A DNA stretch of 34,500 nt from a virus. Lineage: Duplodnaviria; Caudoviricetes. The translations under genes were made by a program, and so were the position numbers. The first letter of the stretch is position 1. Every line of letters begins with the position of its first letter. The stretch is from positions 1-34,500 of IMG/VR virus record IMGVR_UViG_3300005517_000020; one strand, written 5' to 3'. Under the pieces are notes generated by a model. The model searched no databases and was not told the origin of the DNA. It saw only the letters and a list, made by a program, of their open reading frames with translations. Of this stretch, positions 9,649-18,979 are shown piece by piece.

Positions 9649-9656
9649 TATAAATA
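9649..9656 (-). promoter_or_regulatory. TATTTATA motif (putative late promoter)
   Basis: Intergenic, 23 nt upstream of the ATG at 9625. Confidence 0.55.
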
Positions 9657-9664
9657 GTTTGTTA

Positions 9665-12600
9665 TTATGTATTGGTAGCAACTTGTTGTAATGTACCGCC
9701 TACCTTTCTACCGTCCATGTTAATATTCTTACCTTGCTTAACTGCAACTATCAATTCATCGATTTTTGCAATTAACTTATCATTACTTTCTGATTTTCCT
9801 CCTTCGGATTCTCCTCCACCGGTAATACCTGATATAAAATCTCCTATTGCTCCTACTGCTGCTATTGCAGGTGCTGCAAAAGCTGCTGTTTTAATAAGTG
9901 ATTGCATCTCCTCTAACTTTTCAGTCTCTAATGTAGCTAAAGCAGCTCCGATTCCCCCTAGTGCTGCGGCAATCATTGTTAATGAACCTGCTACTGATTG
10001 TAGCGGTCCTGCCATAGCTGTTAAGTTTTGAAGATCTTCTATAATTCCTCCACCTGTAAATAATGAAGTAAGTCCTGACATTAAACTTCCACCTGCTAAA
10101 GCAGCAGCAAAGAATGCTAATCCTCCGGCGGCTGCCATTAAACCTATTCCAGCCATAATTAAACCAGGGCCCATTACAGCTAACATTGAAAGTTTATCTA
10201 CTACTCCTTGTATATCTGCTCCAGCCATTATACCGAATGCTGCTGCGGCAGGTATTAAAGCTAACCCTAATACTGCTAATGCAGCGGCTCCAGCCATTAT
10301 AAATGGAGCTACAAGTCCTAGCCCTGCTGTAGCTAATGCTAATAGAGGTAGTGCAATTGAGAATGCAATTATAGAACCTGTATCTACTCCTTTTAGTAAA
10401 CTGAAGGCATATGCAGCTGGTATTAATGCTAATGCTAATATACCTATTGCAAATGCTCCAGCTATTACCATAGGTCCTGTCATTCCCATAAGTGCGGCAG
10501 CTGCTCCTAAAGCTATTAAACTTCCTGTCATAGCCATTATTGACATTGGGTCTACTGAACCTAAAAGACTGAAAGCGTAGGCTGCCGGTATTAAAGCTAA
10601 TGCTAATATACCTAAAGCTAGAGCCCCCATTATTATCTGCCCTCCTAAATTACCCATTAAAGCAGCAGCTATACCTAAAGCTATTAAACTTCCTGATAAA
10701 GCTAATACTGACATTGGATCCACTCCTGCCATAAGGCTAAATGCGTATGCTGCTGGTATCAAGGCAACCCCTGCTATACCCATTGCAATAGCTCCTTTAA
10801 TTGCGTCATTTCCTAACTTACCTACTAATGCTAACGATGCTCCAAAGATTCCTATAGATGTAGCAAATGCTAACATAGAAACCGGATCAACACCGTCTAC
10901 CATTTTGAGAGCTAATGCAAATGAACCGCCTAAAGCTAGACCGGCAATTCCTATAGCTAATGCACCTTTTACTACATCACCAAATTGTTTACCAATTGAT
11001 GCTAACCCGTCACCTAATGATTTTAAAAATCCTCCCGGTCCTTCTCCTTCTGCACCTTTAGTCTTATCGGCTAAATCTCCTGTCTGATCTGCAGCTTTAC
11101 CTGTTATACCATCTTTTGCTTTACCGGCTACATCTGCGGCTTTATCTGCTCCTGGTGCTTTAGCGAATCTACCTTTAGCATCTCTAAACCTACCTGCAGC
11201 GTCTTTTGTTACGTCTGCGCCTTTATCTTTTACTGTGTCAGCTAATTTACCTGCGCCTGACATTCCTCCTTTGAAAGCGTCTTTAATCCCTGATCCCCAG
11301 CTCTTAACTGAGTCCATCATTCCACTAAAAGAGAATTTCATTCCTTTTATTGAGTCCATGAACTTCATAGCTCCTGATGTTGCGGACCCAAAGAAACTTG
11401 CTATCTTACCTGCAGCCATTACAGCCACAATACCTATAATTAAAGGTTTTATAATACCTAATGTATCTAAAAACTTAACAGCATATCCTACAATACCTCC
11501 TAATATTTGAATAGCAGGGGCTATAATACCGACAATGTCTCCTATTATACTTAAAAGAGGTGCAAATGCTTGTGCAAGTTTATCAACAGATTTTTGGAGT
11601 TGTTCTTGAATTTCTGCTCTTTTCATATCTTCTGCTCTAACACCGGCGGCAGCTTCAGCTTGTTCTTCTGTCATTCCGGCTTCAATAGCTTTCTGATATG
11701 CTATTTTTCCTAATTCATCTCTAGTCATACCTAATGCAGCGGCATATGATTCTTGTTGAATACGGTTCATATTGCCGAATTCGTTAATATCTGCTGCATT
11801 TTTAAATAACTCATTACCTAATCCGGCTAAGTCGTTATTTAAAGCTAACTCTCTAGCTTTGTTTAAGTTTAAATCTTTTCCTATAAGTAATTCAGCTTCC
11901 ATTTCTTTTGAAATAGAATCTTCAAAATCTAAAAGGGAACTTGCTATTTTATCTATCTGTCCTAGTTCCATTCCAAGTCTACGAGCGGCTGAAGCTGCGT
12001 TAGCTAATGCTTTTGGGTTGCCTCCTAAAGAAGCTTTAATTCCATCTGATGCTTTTGCTACATCTTTTAAAACTTGATTTTGATTAACTGCAGATCTATT
12101 TGCTTTATTAAAAGCACTTGTTTGGTCTACTATACTATCAACTGTTTTATCAATATCCCCGCTAGTAGTCTGGGCCATTATTGCAAGACCTCCTGCTTCA
12201 TCAGCAGCAAGTCCCATTGTATTTTTTAATTCAGCAGCTCCTGCTATAACTTGAGGTGAGAATATGTTTTGGGCACTCATGCCAGTCTGCTTTGTAAGCT
12301 CAGCTATTGTCTGTAGGTAGTCTACCGAAGTAGCATATCTAAAGTTTGCTCCTGCTATTGCATCTGAGTTCTGACCTGTTAATCGTTGTACTTCTGTACT
12401 TGCTTTATCTACTTTAAAGAAAGCGTCTACTATCTTAAGTATTATAGATAAAGGATCTAATAATGCCGCTCCAAAACCTTTTGCTAATGGACCTAAACCT
12501 GACATTAGTACTGTTAGCTTTCCTCCAGATTGAGCTCCAGATTGAATTGCTGTAGCAGTATCCTCCATCCTAACTTTAGCTTCTTTAACAGCATCGCCGA

Positions 12601-13342
12601 ATCTTCCACCGCTGATTCCTAACTTACCCATCAGACCTTCCATTCCGCCTATAACCGCGCCTCCAACTCCTAAGAGTTTGTTAACTTCTTTTTGCTTTCC
12701 TTTTGTTTCTTCTATCTTTCCTGCAATACTACTAATTGCACTTCCTTGATCTATGTAGTTAGAAAGAGCTGCTTTTTGTTCTGCGGTAAGATTCTCCGCC
12801 ATGTTAACCATGTCTAGTGCAAGATCTAAGTTACCTCCCATAAGGTTTCCTACTCCGCCTAGTTCCTCTATAAACTCTTGAATCTGCTTTACATTATTTT
12901 GAGCAGCTTCTGATAAATCCTCTCCGTTAAGTAACCTTTGTGATTCGTCGTCAAGGATTTTTTTATTATCTTTTAGTCTTTGAGCTAAGTCGTCTAACTG
13001 TTTTACAGATAGATCCCTTATACCCTGTTCTTCCATTTTAAGTTCTTCTGCAATAGAGGTTATTTTTCTCATAGAGCCTCTAATCTTCTGCAATGCCCCT
13101 GGCTGGTTTTTAAATTCCGAAGAGATTGCTCTTACTTGATCATAAAGACTTGTTGCAGTATTATCCATTTCACCGAATTGGGATTGTACCCCTCTCAGTT
13201 CATTGCGCAAACTTTGCATATTTTGTACAGCATCAGCTGGCGTTAAGGTTAACGGTTGCTGATTCATTCTAGCTCTCAAGGTATTAATCTCCTGTAAGAG
13301 TCTTCTTGCTTCTTCTAACTGTGTATTATCGTTTGGGGCCAT
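9665..13342 (-). CDS. Tail tape measure protein
   Basis: 1225 aa, helical and A/G/L-rich, with a coiled-coil N-terminus and hydrophobic repeats. Directly follows the tail tube and chaperone genes. Confidence 0.9.
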   Translation of the reverse strand: MAPNDNTQLEEARRLLQEINTLRARMNQQPLTLTPADAVQNMQSLRNELRGVQSQFGEMDNTATSLYDQVRAISSEFKNQPGALQKIRGSMRKITSIAEELKMEEQGIRDLSVKQLDDLAQRLKDNKKILDDESQRLLNGEDLSEAAQNNVKQIQEFIEELGGVGNLMGGNLDLALDMVNMAENLTAEQKAALSNYIDQGSAISSIAGKIEETKGKQKEVNKLLGVGGAVIGGMEGLMGKLGISGGRFGDAVKEAKVRMEDTATAIQSGAQSGGKLTVLMSGLGPLAKGFGAALLDPLSIILKIVDAFFKVDKASTEVQRLTGQNSDAIAGANFRYATSVDYLQTIAELTKQTGMSAQNIFSPQVIAGAAELKNTMGLAADEAGGLAIMAQTTSGDIDKTVDSIVDQTSAFNKANRSAVNQNQVLKDVAKASDGIKASLGGNPKALANAASAARRLGMELGQIDKIASSLLDFEDSISKEMEAELLIGKDLNLNKARELALNNDLAGLGNELFKNAADINEFGNMNRIQQESYAAALGMTRDELGKIAYQKAIEAGMTEEQAEAAAGVRAEDMKRAEIQEQLQKSVDKLAQAFAPLLSIIGDIVGIIAPAIQILGGIVGYAVKFLDTLGIIKPLIIGIVAVMAAGKIASFFGSATSGAMKFMDSIKGMKFSFSGMMDSVKSWGSGIKDAFKGGMSGAGKLADTVKDKGADVTKDAAGRFRDAKGRFAKAPGADKAADVAGKAKDGITGKAADQTGDLADKTKGAEGEGPGGFLKSLGDGLASIGKQFGDVVKGALAIGIAGLALGGSFALALKMVDGVDPVSMLAFATSIGIFGASLALVGKLGNDAIKGAIAMGIAGVALIPAAYAFSLMAGVDPMSVLALSGSLIALGIAAALMGNLGGQIIMGALALGILALALIPAAYAFSLLGSVDPMSIMAMTGSLIALGAAAALMGMTGPMVIAGAFAIGILALALIPAAYAFSLLKGVDTGSIIAFSIALPLLALATAGLGLVAPFIMAGAAALAVLGLALIPAAAAFGIMAGADIQGVVDKLSMLAVMGPGLIMAGIGLMAAAGGLAFFAAALAGGSLMSGLTSLFTGGGIIEDLQNLTAMAGPLQSVAGSLTMIAAALGGIGAALATLETEKLEEMQSLIKTAAFAAPAIAAVGAIGDFISGITGGGESEGGKSESNDKLIAKIDELIVAVKQGKNINMDGRKVGGTLQQVATNT
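10200..10940 (-). repeat. 56-codon (168 bp) tandem repeats within the tape measure gene
   Basis: ALIPAAYAFSL recurs three times and ALIPAAAAFGI once at exact 56-aa spacing. A more diverged 57-aa unit precedes them. Confidence 0.85.
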
Positions 13343-13363
13343 TTACTGGATGTACTTATATCA

Positions 13364-13371
13364 TATAAATA
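13364..13371 (-). promoter_or_regulatory. TATTTATA motif (putative late promoter) upstream of tape measure
   Basis: Intergenic, 21 nt upstream of the ATG at 13342. Confidence 0.55.
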
Positions 13372-13374
13372 GGT

Positions 13375-13399
13375 AAAGCTCGCTTTATGGGCGAGCCTT
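13375..13399 (-). terminator. Stem-loop over the stop codon of the chaperone extension (weak terminator or processing site)
   Basis: AAGGCTCGC-CCATAAA-GCGAGCTTT on the minus strand, with only a short U tract. Confidence 0.4.
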
Positions 13400-13651
13400 A
13401 GTACTATAAGAAGGTTTTCTTACTGAAGGTCCTCTAGGAGCTGATTTGCTTGGTGCTTTGCTCTTAGACTTATTCATAGCCTCTTGTTCTTTTTCAAAGT
13501 ATTCACTTAGTTTCTGATAGGTAAAATTACGTAGCCATATAGGCATTGCATATACAGTATCATGATCGTATCCACCTTTTCCGTGAAATACTATTTCGTG
13601 TATCTGATTAAAAATCTGTACCCTATATGTTGGCGTCAGGCCAAAGAAAGC
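13385..13651 (-). CDS. Tail assembly chaperone C-terminal extension (lambda gpT-like), probably reached by frameshift
   Basis: Missed by the ORF track. The +1 frame relative to 13623..14363 is open for 88 codons: AFFGLTPTYRVQIFNQIHEIVFHGKGGYDHDTVYAMPIWLRNFTYQKLSEYFEKEQEAMNKSKSKAPSKSAPRGPSVRKPSYSTKARP. The first ATG is only at 13546. Confidence 0.75.
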   Translation of the reverse strand, partial: AFFGLTPTYRVQIFNQIHEIVFHGKGGYDHDTVYAMPIWLRNFTYQKLSEYFEKEQEAMNKSKSKAPSKSAPRGPSVRKPSYSTKARP

Positions 13652-14363
13652 TTACTCCAATCGGAATGTCAACCCCTCCTTCTGGTCCATTTTCTGGATA
13701 AAATTTCAAATCTACATCTGGTTGGAACTCTGAGATATATTTTCTAAATGCACGGGAATCTCTTGCTAAAAAATGATTATCTACGAAATCTCTAATACTC
13801 TTTGTATCGGTAGCTCCGTTAACAGAAAGAATCATGTGTTTTAATCTAGTAGATAAGTCTGGGGAAGACTCTTTTTGTATCTTTTTAAGACCTTTTATCT
13901 CTTGTTGAATCTTCTGCTCATCACCGTGAGTGAGTAACTTAAAGGTAATCTTGTTACCTGTAGATGGTAATTCAAAAGCAAATTCATTAACTCTATCTTG
14001 AAATAAGCTTTCATCGAAAACTTTATTTTCAATTAAGGATAAGTCTACTACTTCAGTCTGTCCTTGATAGTTAAATTCGTAGTCTTTACCGTACCCTAGT
14101 ACTCTTGCTGCAATTAAGATAGCATTCTTGTCTCCTACTAAAAGATCATCATAGTTAAACTTAGTTACAATCAAAGACTGTAATAACTTGTCAATTACAA
14201 CTCCTCTTTCGATAAAGCCTTGGTTAGTAAGAATGTCTTCTTCTTTAGCTGTCATGTACTTCATTTCTACTGTACCTGATGCTAGGGGATGCTCTTCCGG
14301 ATATAATAATCCTTTCGAAGGCAAGTCTACAATTTCTGTAGGGAATTTTTGTGTTTGATCCAT
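13623..14363 (-). CDS. Tail assembly chaperone / T4 gp26-like baseplate hub assembly protein
   Basis: VDLPSKGLLYP...EMKYMTAKEEDILT and a second ELPSTG...FKLLT repeat resemble gp26-like proteins. Located between tail tube and tape measure. Confidence 0.75.
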   Translation of the reverse strand: MDQTQKFPTEIVDLPSKGLLYPEEHPLASGTVEMKYMTAKEEDILTNQGFIERGVVIDKLLQSLIVTKFNYDDLLVGDKNAILIAARVLGYGKDYEFNYQGQTEVVDLSLIENKVFDESLFQDRVNEFAFELPSTGNKITFKLLTHGDEQKIQQEIKGLKKIQKESSPDLSTRLKHMILSVNGATDTKSIRDFVDNHFLARDSRAFRKYISEFQPDVDLKFYPENGPEGGVDIPIGVSFLWPDANI

Positions 14364-14391
14364 AAATTTTATTTTAAATAACGTTATTTCA

Positions 14392-14399
14392 TATAAATA
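14392..14399 (-). promoter_or_regulatory. TATTTATA motif (putative late promoter)
   Basis: Intergenic, just downstream of the tube terminator and 28 nt upstream of the ATG at 14363. Confidence 0.6.
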
Positions 14400-14422
14400 T
14401 ATGAAAAATAACTTTTGAAAAC

Positions 14423-14452
14423 AACAAAAAACCCGGAAATATTTCTCCGGGC
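14423..14452 (-). terminator. Rho-independent terminator after the tail tube gene
   Basis: Minus strand GCCCGGA-GAAATATT-TCCGGGT followed by TTTTTGTT. Confidence 0.8.
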
Positions 14453-14479
14453 TCTTTTTATATATATATTACAGGCAGA

Positions 14480-14965
14480 TTAGTAGTTAAGTACGCAGTA
14501 GTCCATCGCTACGGTAATTGTTAATTCAACACCATCGCTAGTACCCCAGTCCAAAGAACCTTGGGCCATATTTACGATAAATGCTCCTTTAACGATCCAC
14601 TCTGATACGATATCACCTACTGGTCCTAAAAGATTCAAAGTTAAATCTTTCTTGTAGAAATCTGAATAACCAGCTCTACCGGTTACTGACTCGTAAGATT
14701 GACGTGCCCAGTCCATTACTGCTTGTGCACCTGATGGGTTAATTGGATCGTACAATGTCATATCCATGTTTTCCCAGGTTCTCTTTCCACGAATCTTTCT
14801 ATAAGAGTTGATGTGATCTAATTTGATCTCCTCATCTGTAAAAGATGGAGCAGTTACTGCCTTAACCATGAATGATGGTATAGCGTCACTGTATAGGATG
14901 AATCTATTCTGTACCTTCGGTTCGAAGGCTCTGAACATAATTTCGTTAGAATCTAATACTGCCAT
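14480..14965 (-). CDS. Tail tube protein (T4 gp19-like)
   Basis: 161 aa with FEPKVQNRF, W..M.MTLYDP, YKKDLTLNLLGPVGDIVSEWIVKGAF and ELTITVAMDY. Directly after the sheath gene. Confidence 0.92.
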   Translation of the reverse strand: MAVLDSNEIMFRAFEPKVQNRFILYSDAIPSFMVKAVTAPSFTDEEIKLDHINSYRKIRGKRTWENMDMTLYDPINPSGAQAVMDWARQSYESVTGRAGYSDFYKKDLTLNLLGPVGDIVSEWIVKGAFIVNMAQGSLDWGTSDGVELTITVAMDYCVLNY

Positions 14966-14981
14966 TTTATTATCTGTTTTA

Positions 14982-14989
14982 TATAAATA
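14982..14989 (-). promoter_or_regulatory. TATTTATA motif (putative late promoter)
   Basis: Intergenic, 16 nt upstream of the tube ATG. Confidence 0.6.
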
Positions 14990-15002
14990 TCAATTATTTT
15001 AA

Positions 15003-16763
15003 TTAAGCTACAAATGTTGCTCCTGTTGGTTCGATTGTGAAATCAAGTACTACGAATTCTGCAGTCTTAGCTGGTTGTATAAAGATCTGACCTACTATCT
15101 GATTTCTGTCTACGATATCAGCTGTATTGTTAGAATCATCCATTACCACTCTGTAAGCGTATAATCCTTGACGTTGAACTACTGATTCTAAGTAAGGGTT
15201 AACTATTGCTAAGAATTTGTTTCTTGTAGCGATTGTATTTTGTTCGAATACTAAGTTGTTAGCCTGACCTCCGATGAAGCGTTTCAATTCGATTAATAAA
15301 CGGCGAACGTTTACTCTATCTAAAGCTGAAGCTTTCTTCTGCAAAGTCTTCTGACCATATACTGCAATACCTTGTCCAGGGAATGTAGCAATTGGGTTAA
15401 CATTAGAACGATATAGTAAATCACGTTGCTCACGGCTTACTTTACGTTCTGCTTGTATTACGTTAGGAATACCTCCTTTAACTAAACCTGCTGGAGCGAA
15501 CCATGGTGCTGCTGCACTATCAGTGAAAGCATAAACACCTGGTATAACTGTTGAAGCAGGAACCCATTCGTTCTTACCTGTAGCAGATTGTGTTTGTAAC
15601 CAAGGCCAGTAAGCTGCTGCATAAGAAGAATTAACCGTTCCAGCTGCTGCTGTTACGTTTGATACTGTTGCGCCGTATTGCTCTAAGTCAATTACTGCGA
15701 TTGCATCTCCTCTACCTTCTACTAATGAGATGATAGAATCTAATTGTGTTTTATGTGTACCGAAGTCATAAACAAGACCCGGTGCTGTTACTATGTTGAA
15801 TTGGTATTCGTCTCTGTTATTTAAGATTGAAATAGCATCTGCATAATTTGCTGCTACTAAACCTTGTGTATCTGTATTAGTGATATACTTGAAGAACTTA
15901 GCTCCTTCTCCTTTTCCTGCAAATGGTGAGCCTGTTGCATTATAGAATGAACCTGACTGAGCTACCGGTAGAGATCCTGAAAGAGAAACTCCGGCTAAGC
16001 TATTAACTGTTACACCATCGTTAGCTAAGTAGTTTAAAGTTGGACGACTTACCGCCTTTACTCTAATATAGTTAGATTTGTTTACATATTCCCCTGTTGT
16101 ACTAACAAATACTTCTGAACCTTCTACTGTTTTTGATACAGCTTGGTTACCAATTACTCTTTCGATATAATTTTCTGAATTTGGGTCTAATGATAGATCG
16201 TTGAATGTTTCTAAGATAATCTTATTTTTTCTACTATCATCTCCTCTACGTACTAATAATGAGAATGTACCGCTAGTATTATTAACGTTTACGATTTCGT
16301 ATCTAATATTATCAGTATTACCTAAAGCAAGAGATCCGTCTGCGTTATGAGCAGCTGTTGTTGAAGCAGATCCAGTTGCATTATTATAGATAGCGCCTTT
16401 GCCTAATGTTTCCAATTGGAAAGGATTAGTAAATGATGCACCTACAGTTGTTATTGTAGTATTATCTGCTGCTGTGTAAGAGCCGGATACTACTCTAGTA
16501 ACTAATGCTGTGTTTCCTCCTTGTTCAAAGTAACTCTTTACTGCGATTGATGTTAAATACTCATAGCTATTAGAACCAGATTCTATTGTGGTTCCAAATA
16601 ATCTTTGGTACTGTCCGTAAGAAGTTACTACTGTAGGTTGCTCTACCGGGCCTTTTACTGTTGGACCAATAAACGCTGCACCTACTGCAGCCGCTTGTGG
16701 TTGGATAAACGAAATATCATTTTCTCTCGTTAATACACCTGGTGAAATTAATGTTTCTGCCAT
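15003..16763 (-). CDS. Contractile tail sheath protein
   Basis: N-terminal SPGVLTREND...GPTVKGP; C-terminal WFAPAG, NPIATFPGQG, GQKTLQ, DRVNVRRLL and FEQN motifs. Confidence 0.96.
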   Translation of the reverse strand: MAETLISPGVLTRENDISFIQPQAAAVGAAFIGPTVKGPVEQPTVVTSYGQYQRLFGTTIESGSNSYEYLTSIAVKSYFEQGGNTALVTRVVSGSYTAADNTTITTVGASFTNPFQLETLGKGAIYNNATGSASTTAAHNADGSLALGNTDNIRYEIVNVNNTSGTFSLLVRRGDDSRKNKIILETFNDLSLDPNSENYIERVIGNQAVSKTVEGSEVFVSTTGEYVNKSNYIRVKAVSRPTLNYLANDGVTVNSLAGVSLSGSLPVAQSGSFYNATGSPFAGKGEGAKFFKYITNTDTQGLVAANYADAISILNNRDEYQFNIVTAPGLVYDFGTHKTQLDSIISLVEGRGDAIAVIDLEQYGATVSNVTAAAGTVNSSYAAAYWPWLQTQSATGKNEWVPASTVIPGVYAFTDSAAAPWFAPAGLVKGGIPNVIQAERKVSREQRDLLYRSNVNPIATFPGQGIAVYGQKTLQKKASALDRVNVRRLLIELKRFIGGQANNLVFEQNTIATRNKFLAIVNPYLESVVQRQGLYAYRVVMDDSNNTADIVDRNQIVGQIFIQPAKTAEFVVLDFTIEPTGATFVA

Positions 16764-16792
16764 GTCTCTATTATTTGTTAGTTGGGTTCTAA

Positions 16793-16856
16793 AATAAATA
16801 TCTTAATAAATTCGAAACCCTTTTCAAAAGATTTAATTTAACTACGTATATAAATA
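16793..16856 (-). promoter_or_regulatory. Two late-type motifs upstream of the sheath gene (TATTTATA at 16849-16856; variant TATTTATT at 16793-16800)
   Basis: Both lie in the 128-nt intergenic gap. Confidence 0.55.
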
Positions 16857-16891
16857 GGTGTATTCAGCTGAAACACTCTACTTGTTATTCT

Positions 16892-17149
16892 CTAAGCCTC
16901 CGATATTTCTCCTGTTTCTAGATTTAGAGTAACTTTTTGAAATCCGTATTTAATTTGTAAGTCTGATGCGATGGATTTTTCTGTTTCTTTTAACGAGTTG
17001 TAAAAGTTTTCTGCTAATTGTTTACGAGCTTTCAACTCGAATTCAGCTAAAGAAATTGCTGCTAGCTCTTCGTTCAATTTAATTCTTTGAGACTGTACCA
17101 TCTTGATACTGTCTATCTCTTCTTGTTGTAACTTTTGTTCTTGTGACAT
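16892..17149 (-). CDS. Small coiled-coil hypothetical protein
   Basis: 85 aa, E/Q/K/L-rich helical sequence ending LNLETGEI. Confidence 0.7.
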   Translation of the reverse strand: MSQEQKLQQEEIDSIKMVQSQRIKLNEELAAISLAEFELKARKQLAENFYNSLKETEKSIASDLQIKYGFQKVTLNLETGEISEA

Positions 17150-17150
17150 T

Positions 17151-17810
17151 TTAATAACTTTTAGATTTACAGTTTGGTATTTGGAGTGTTAGATCCTGTA
17201 TAATATCTAATTCTCTTTCTTTTATATAATTAGTCCAGAGTATACTCCCCTCATAGTCTTTCGTATACTTTTTTTGTAAAAATTTATCTAGATTATGAAT
17301 ATCATCGAAATAATCGTTATAAGGTCTTAAAAATAGTTTTTCTATTGCTGAAGGATAAGCAGAGAACATTCGTTCATCTATTGTCTTATATAACACTCTA
17401 CCGTAAATAAAGTCTTCTCTAGACTTATCTTTCATCAAGGGGTAGGAATGTAAATAACCCTCAGTATAGTACTTTTCAATTGTCTTATTATAAGGTATAT
17501 AATCTGTATCTAAATCTGGTTTAAATTTAATAATAGTTTCATATTTGTTTAGATCAGGAATTAGATTAACTGCTTTATAAGTAGAATGTAATATTAAATA
17601 TTTTTTTTCAAAATCAGGACATGTTTCCATGTTTACTGTTATTCTTGTTCTATCTTGGTACCTTAGTAATTTGTTTACCCATCTTAAATTATCTATATCA
17701 TTCCAAGTATGTACGTATGTATCTACTTCTTCTCCTATGTCCTCTACAAATCTTATAAAGTTATCTGAAAGGTTATGAAGTAATCCTGATATGATTATAG
17801 CTCTAGCCAT
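17151..17810 (-). CDS. Hypothetical protein, possibly glycosyltransferase-related
   Basis: AIIISG...DTYVHTW...YETIIKFKPD recalls uncharacterised proteins seen in viral and bacterial glycan loci. Overlaps the ugd stop by 8 nt. Confidence 0.45.
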   Translation of the reverse strand: MARAIIISGLLHNLSDNFIRFVEDIGEEVDTYVHTWNDIDNLRWVNKLLRYQDRTRITVNMETCPDFEKKYLILHSTYKAVNLIPDLNKYETIIKFKPDLDTDYIPYNKTIEKYYTEGYLHSYPLMKDKSREDFIYGRVLYKTIDERMFSAYPSAIEKLFLRPYNDYFDDIHNLDKFLQKKYTKDYEGSILWTNYIKERELDIIQDLTLQIPNCKSKSY

Positions 17811-18975
17811 TTATTCTAGTATTACCGTAATATATAACTTCAATATCGTTTGATTTAAAGCTTCTCCACGGATCTAGTACTATTGAACCTTTAGGGAACT
17901 TATAATCGTAATGTTCTCCATAATGTCCTAGTAGGTAAACACCTTCGATAGGGTCTTCTAAGTCGTAGCAAACACTTACGCCTAACTGTTCTACGTAATA
18001 GCCGACCAGTATAGAGGATGACCCATCTTCGTAGGGTACTTTAGGTTTGTAAGTCTTCCCAAGTATTACTACAGGTAAGTTACGAACTTTTGCTATAGAA
18101 ACCAACTTTTCTGCTAAGTTTTTTGCCTGTATCTCTCTTGCTTTCATAATAGAATCAAAAAGATCGTAACCTAACCCTAAATGTTCTGCCATATAACGCA
18201 GTGCTATATTATCTCTAGGATGACATCCGCCACCGTCACCCATTCCGGCTTTCATATAAGCAGGTCCTAGTATTCGGTATGTTGATCTTTCTAATGCACC
18301 TGTTACTACATCTACATTCATATTACCGTTCTTTTCGGCAACATCTTGAATCATATTGACAAGAGCTACTTTTGTTGATATAAATGTATTATAAAATATT
18401 TTAATTGCTTCTGCTTCATCCCAAGTCCCTACTTCATACCTTGTCTTAGGGTAGACAAATGTTCCGTAAAATTCTGCTAACTTACTAGCATCTCCTGTCT
18501 GTGTTCCATCTTCAGTCCCTACTATTATCATTTCAGGTCTAATCATATCTTGCTTTACAGTTCCCATTGCAATCAAATACGGATTGTATATGAATCGGTA
18601 GTTTTTAACTAACGGTATAAACTCTCTTCTAATAGTACCCGGTAGTACTGTTGAGATTAATACTACTAGTTGGTCTTTTGTTGTATATTCGTTTACTTTT
18701 TCTAAGATATCTTTAACAATGCTGTAGTCAAAATCTTTATTGGGTAGGTGAGATGTTGGGTATCTTCCATCATAATCTGGATGATGTGGTGTTGGTACTG
18801 CTATGAAGATTAAGTCTTTACCCTTGCATAACGCTTCTATACTATTAACCATAGGAAAATTAACTGTTGCAGCTACGCTTTGATTAGTATCATAACCTTC
18901 AACGTTATGCTTCTCAGCCATTACTTCTGCTGCATCTTTACCTAATTTACCTATCCCTATAAAACCTACTTCCAT
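17803..18975 (-). CDS. ugd: UDP-glucose/GDP-mannose 6-dehydrogenase family protein
   Basis: Rossmann GFIGIGKLG, FIAVPTP, ISTVLPGT, YNP, AEAIKIFYNTFISTK and the catalytic Cys motif GDGGGCHPRD. Confidence 0.92.
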   Translation of the reverse strand: MEVGFIGIGKLGKDAAEVMAEKHNVEGYDTNQSVAATVNFPMVNSIEALCKGKDLIFIAVPTPHHPDYDGRYPTSHLPNKDFDYSIVKDILEKVNEYTTKDQLVVLISTVLPGTIRREFIPLVKNYRFIYNPYLIAMGTVKQDMIRPEMIIVGTEDGTQTGDASKLAEFYGTFVYPKTRYEVGTWDEAEAIKIFYNTFISTKVALVNMIQDVAEKNGNMNVDVVTGALERSTYRILGPAYMKAGMGDGGGCHPRDNIALRYMAEHLGLGYDLFDSIMKAREIQAKNLAEKLVSIAKVRNLPVVILGKTYKPKVPYEDGSSSILVGYYVEQLGVSVCYDLEDPIEGVYLLGHYGEHYDYKFPKGSIVLDPWRSFKSNDIEVIYYGNTRING

Positions 18976-18979
18976 TGTA

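Noticed and set aside
9672-12077. Plus-strand ORFs 9672..10031, 10905..11087, 11235..11510 and 11772..12077
   Set aside because: Antisense shadows of the A/G/L-rich tape measure gene; no motifs or expression signals.
14480-16763. Bacterial contractile injection system or tailocin rather than phage
   Set aside because: Linked phage-type gp32 SSB, RecA/UvsX, PolA and S74 fibre genes, with no host housekeeping genes, indicate a phage genome.
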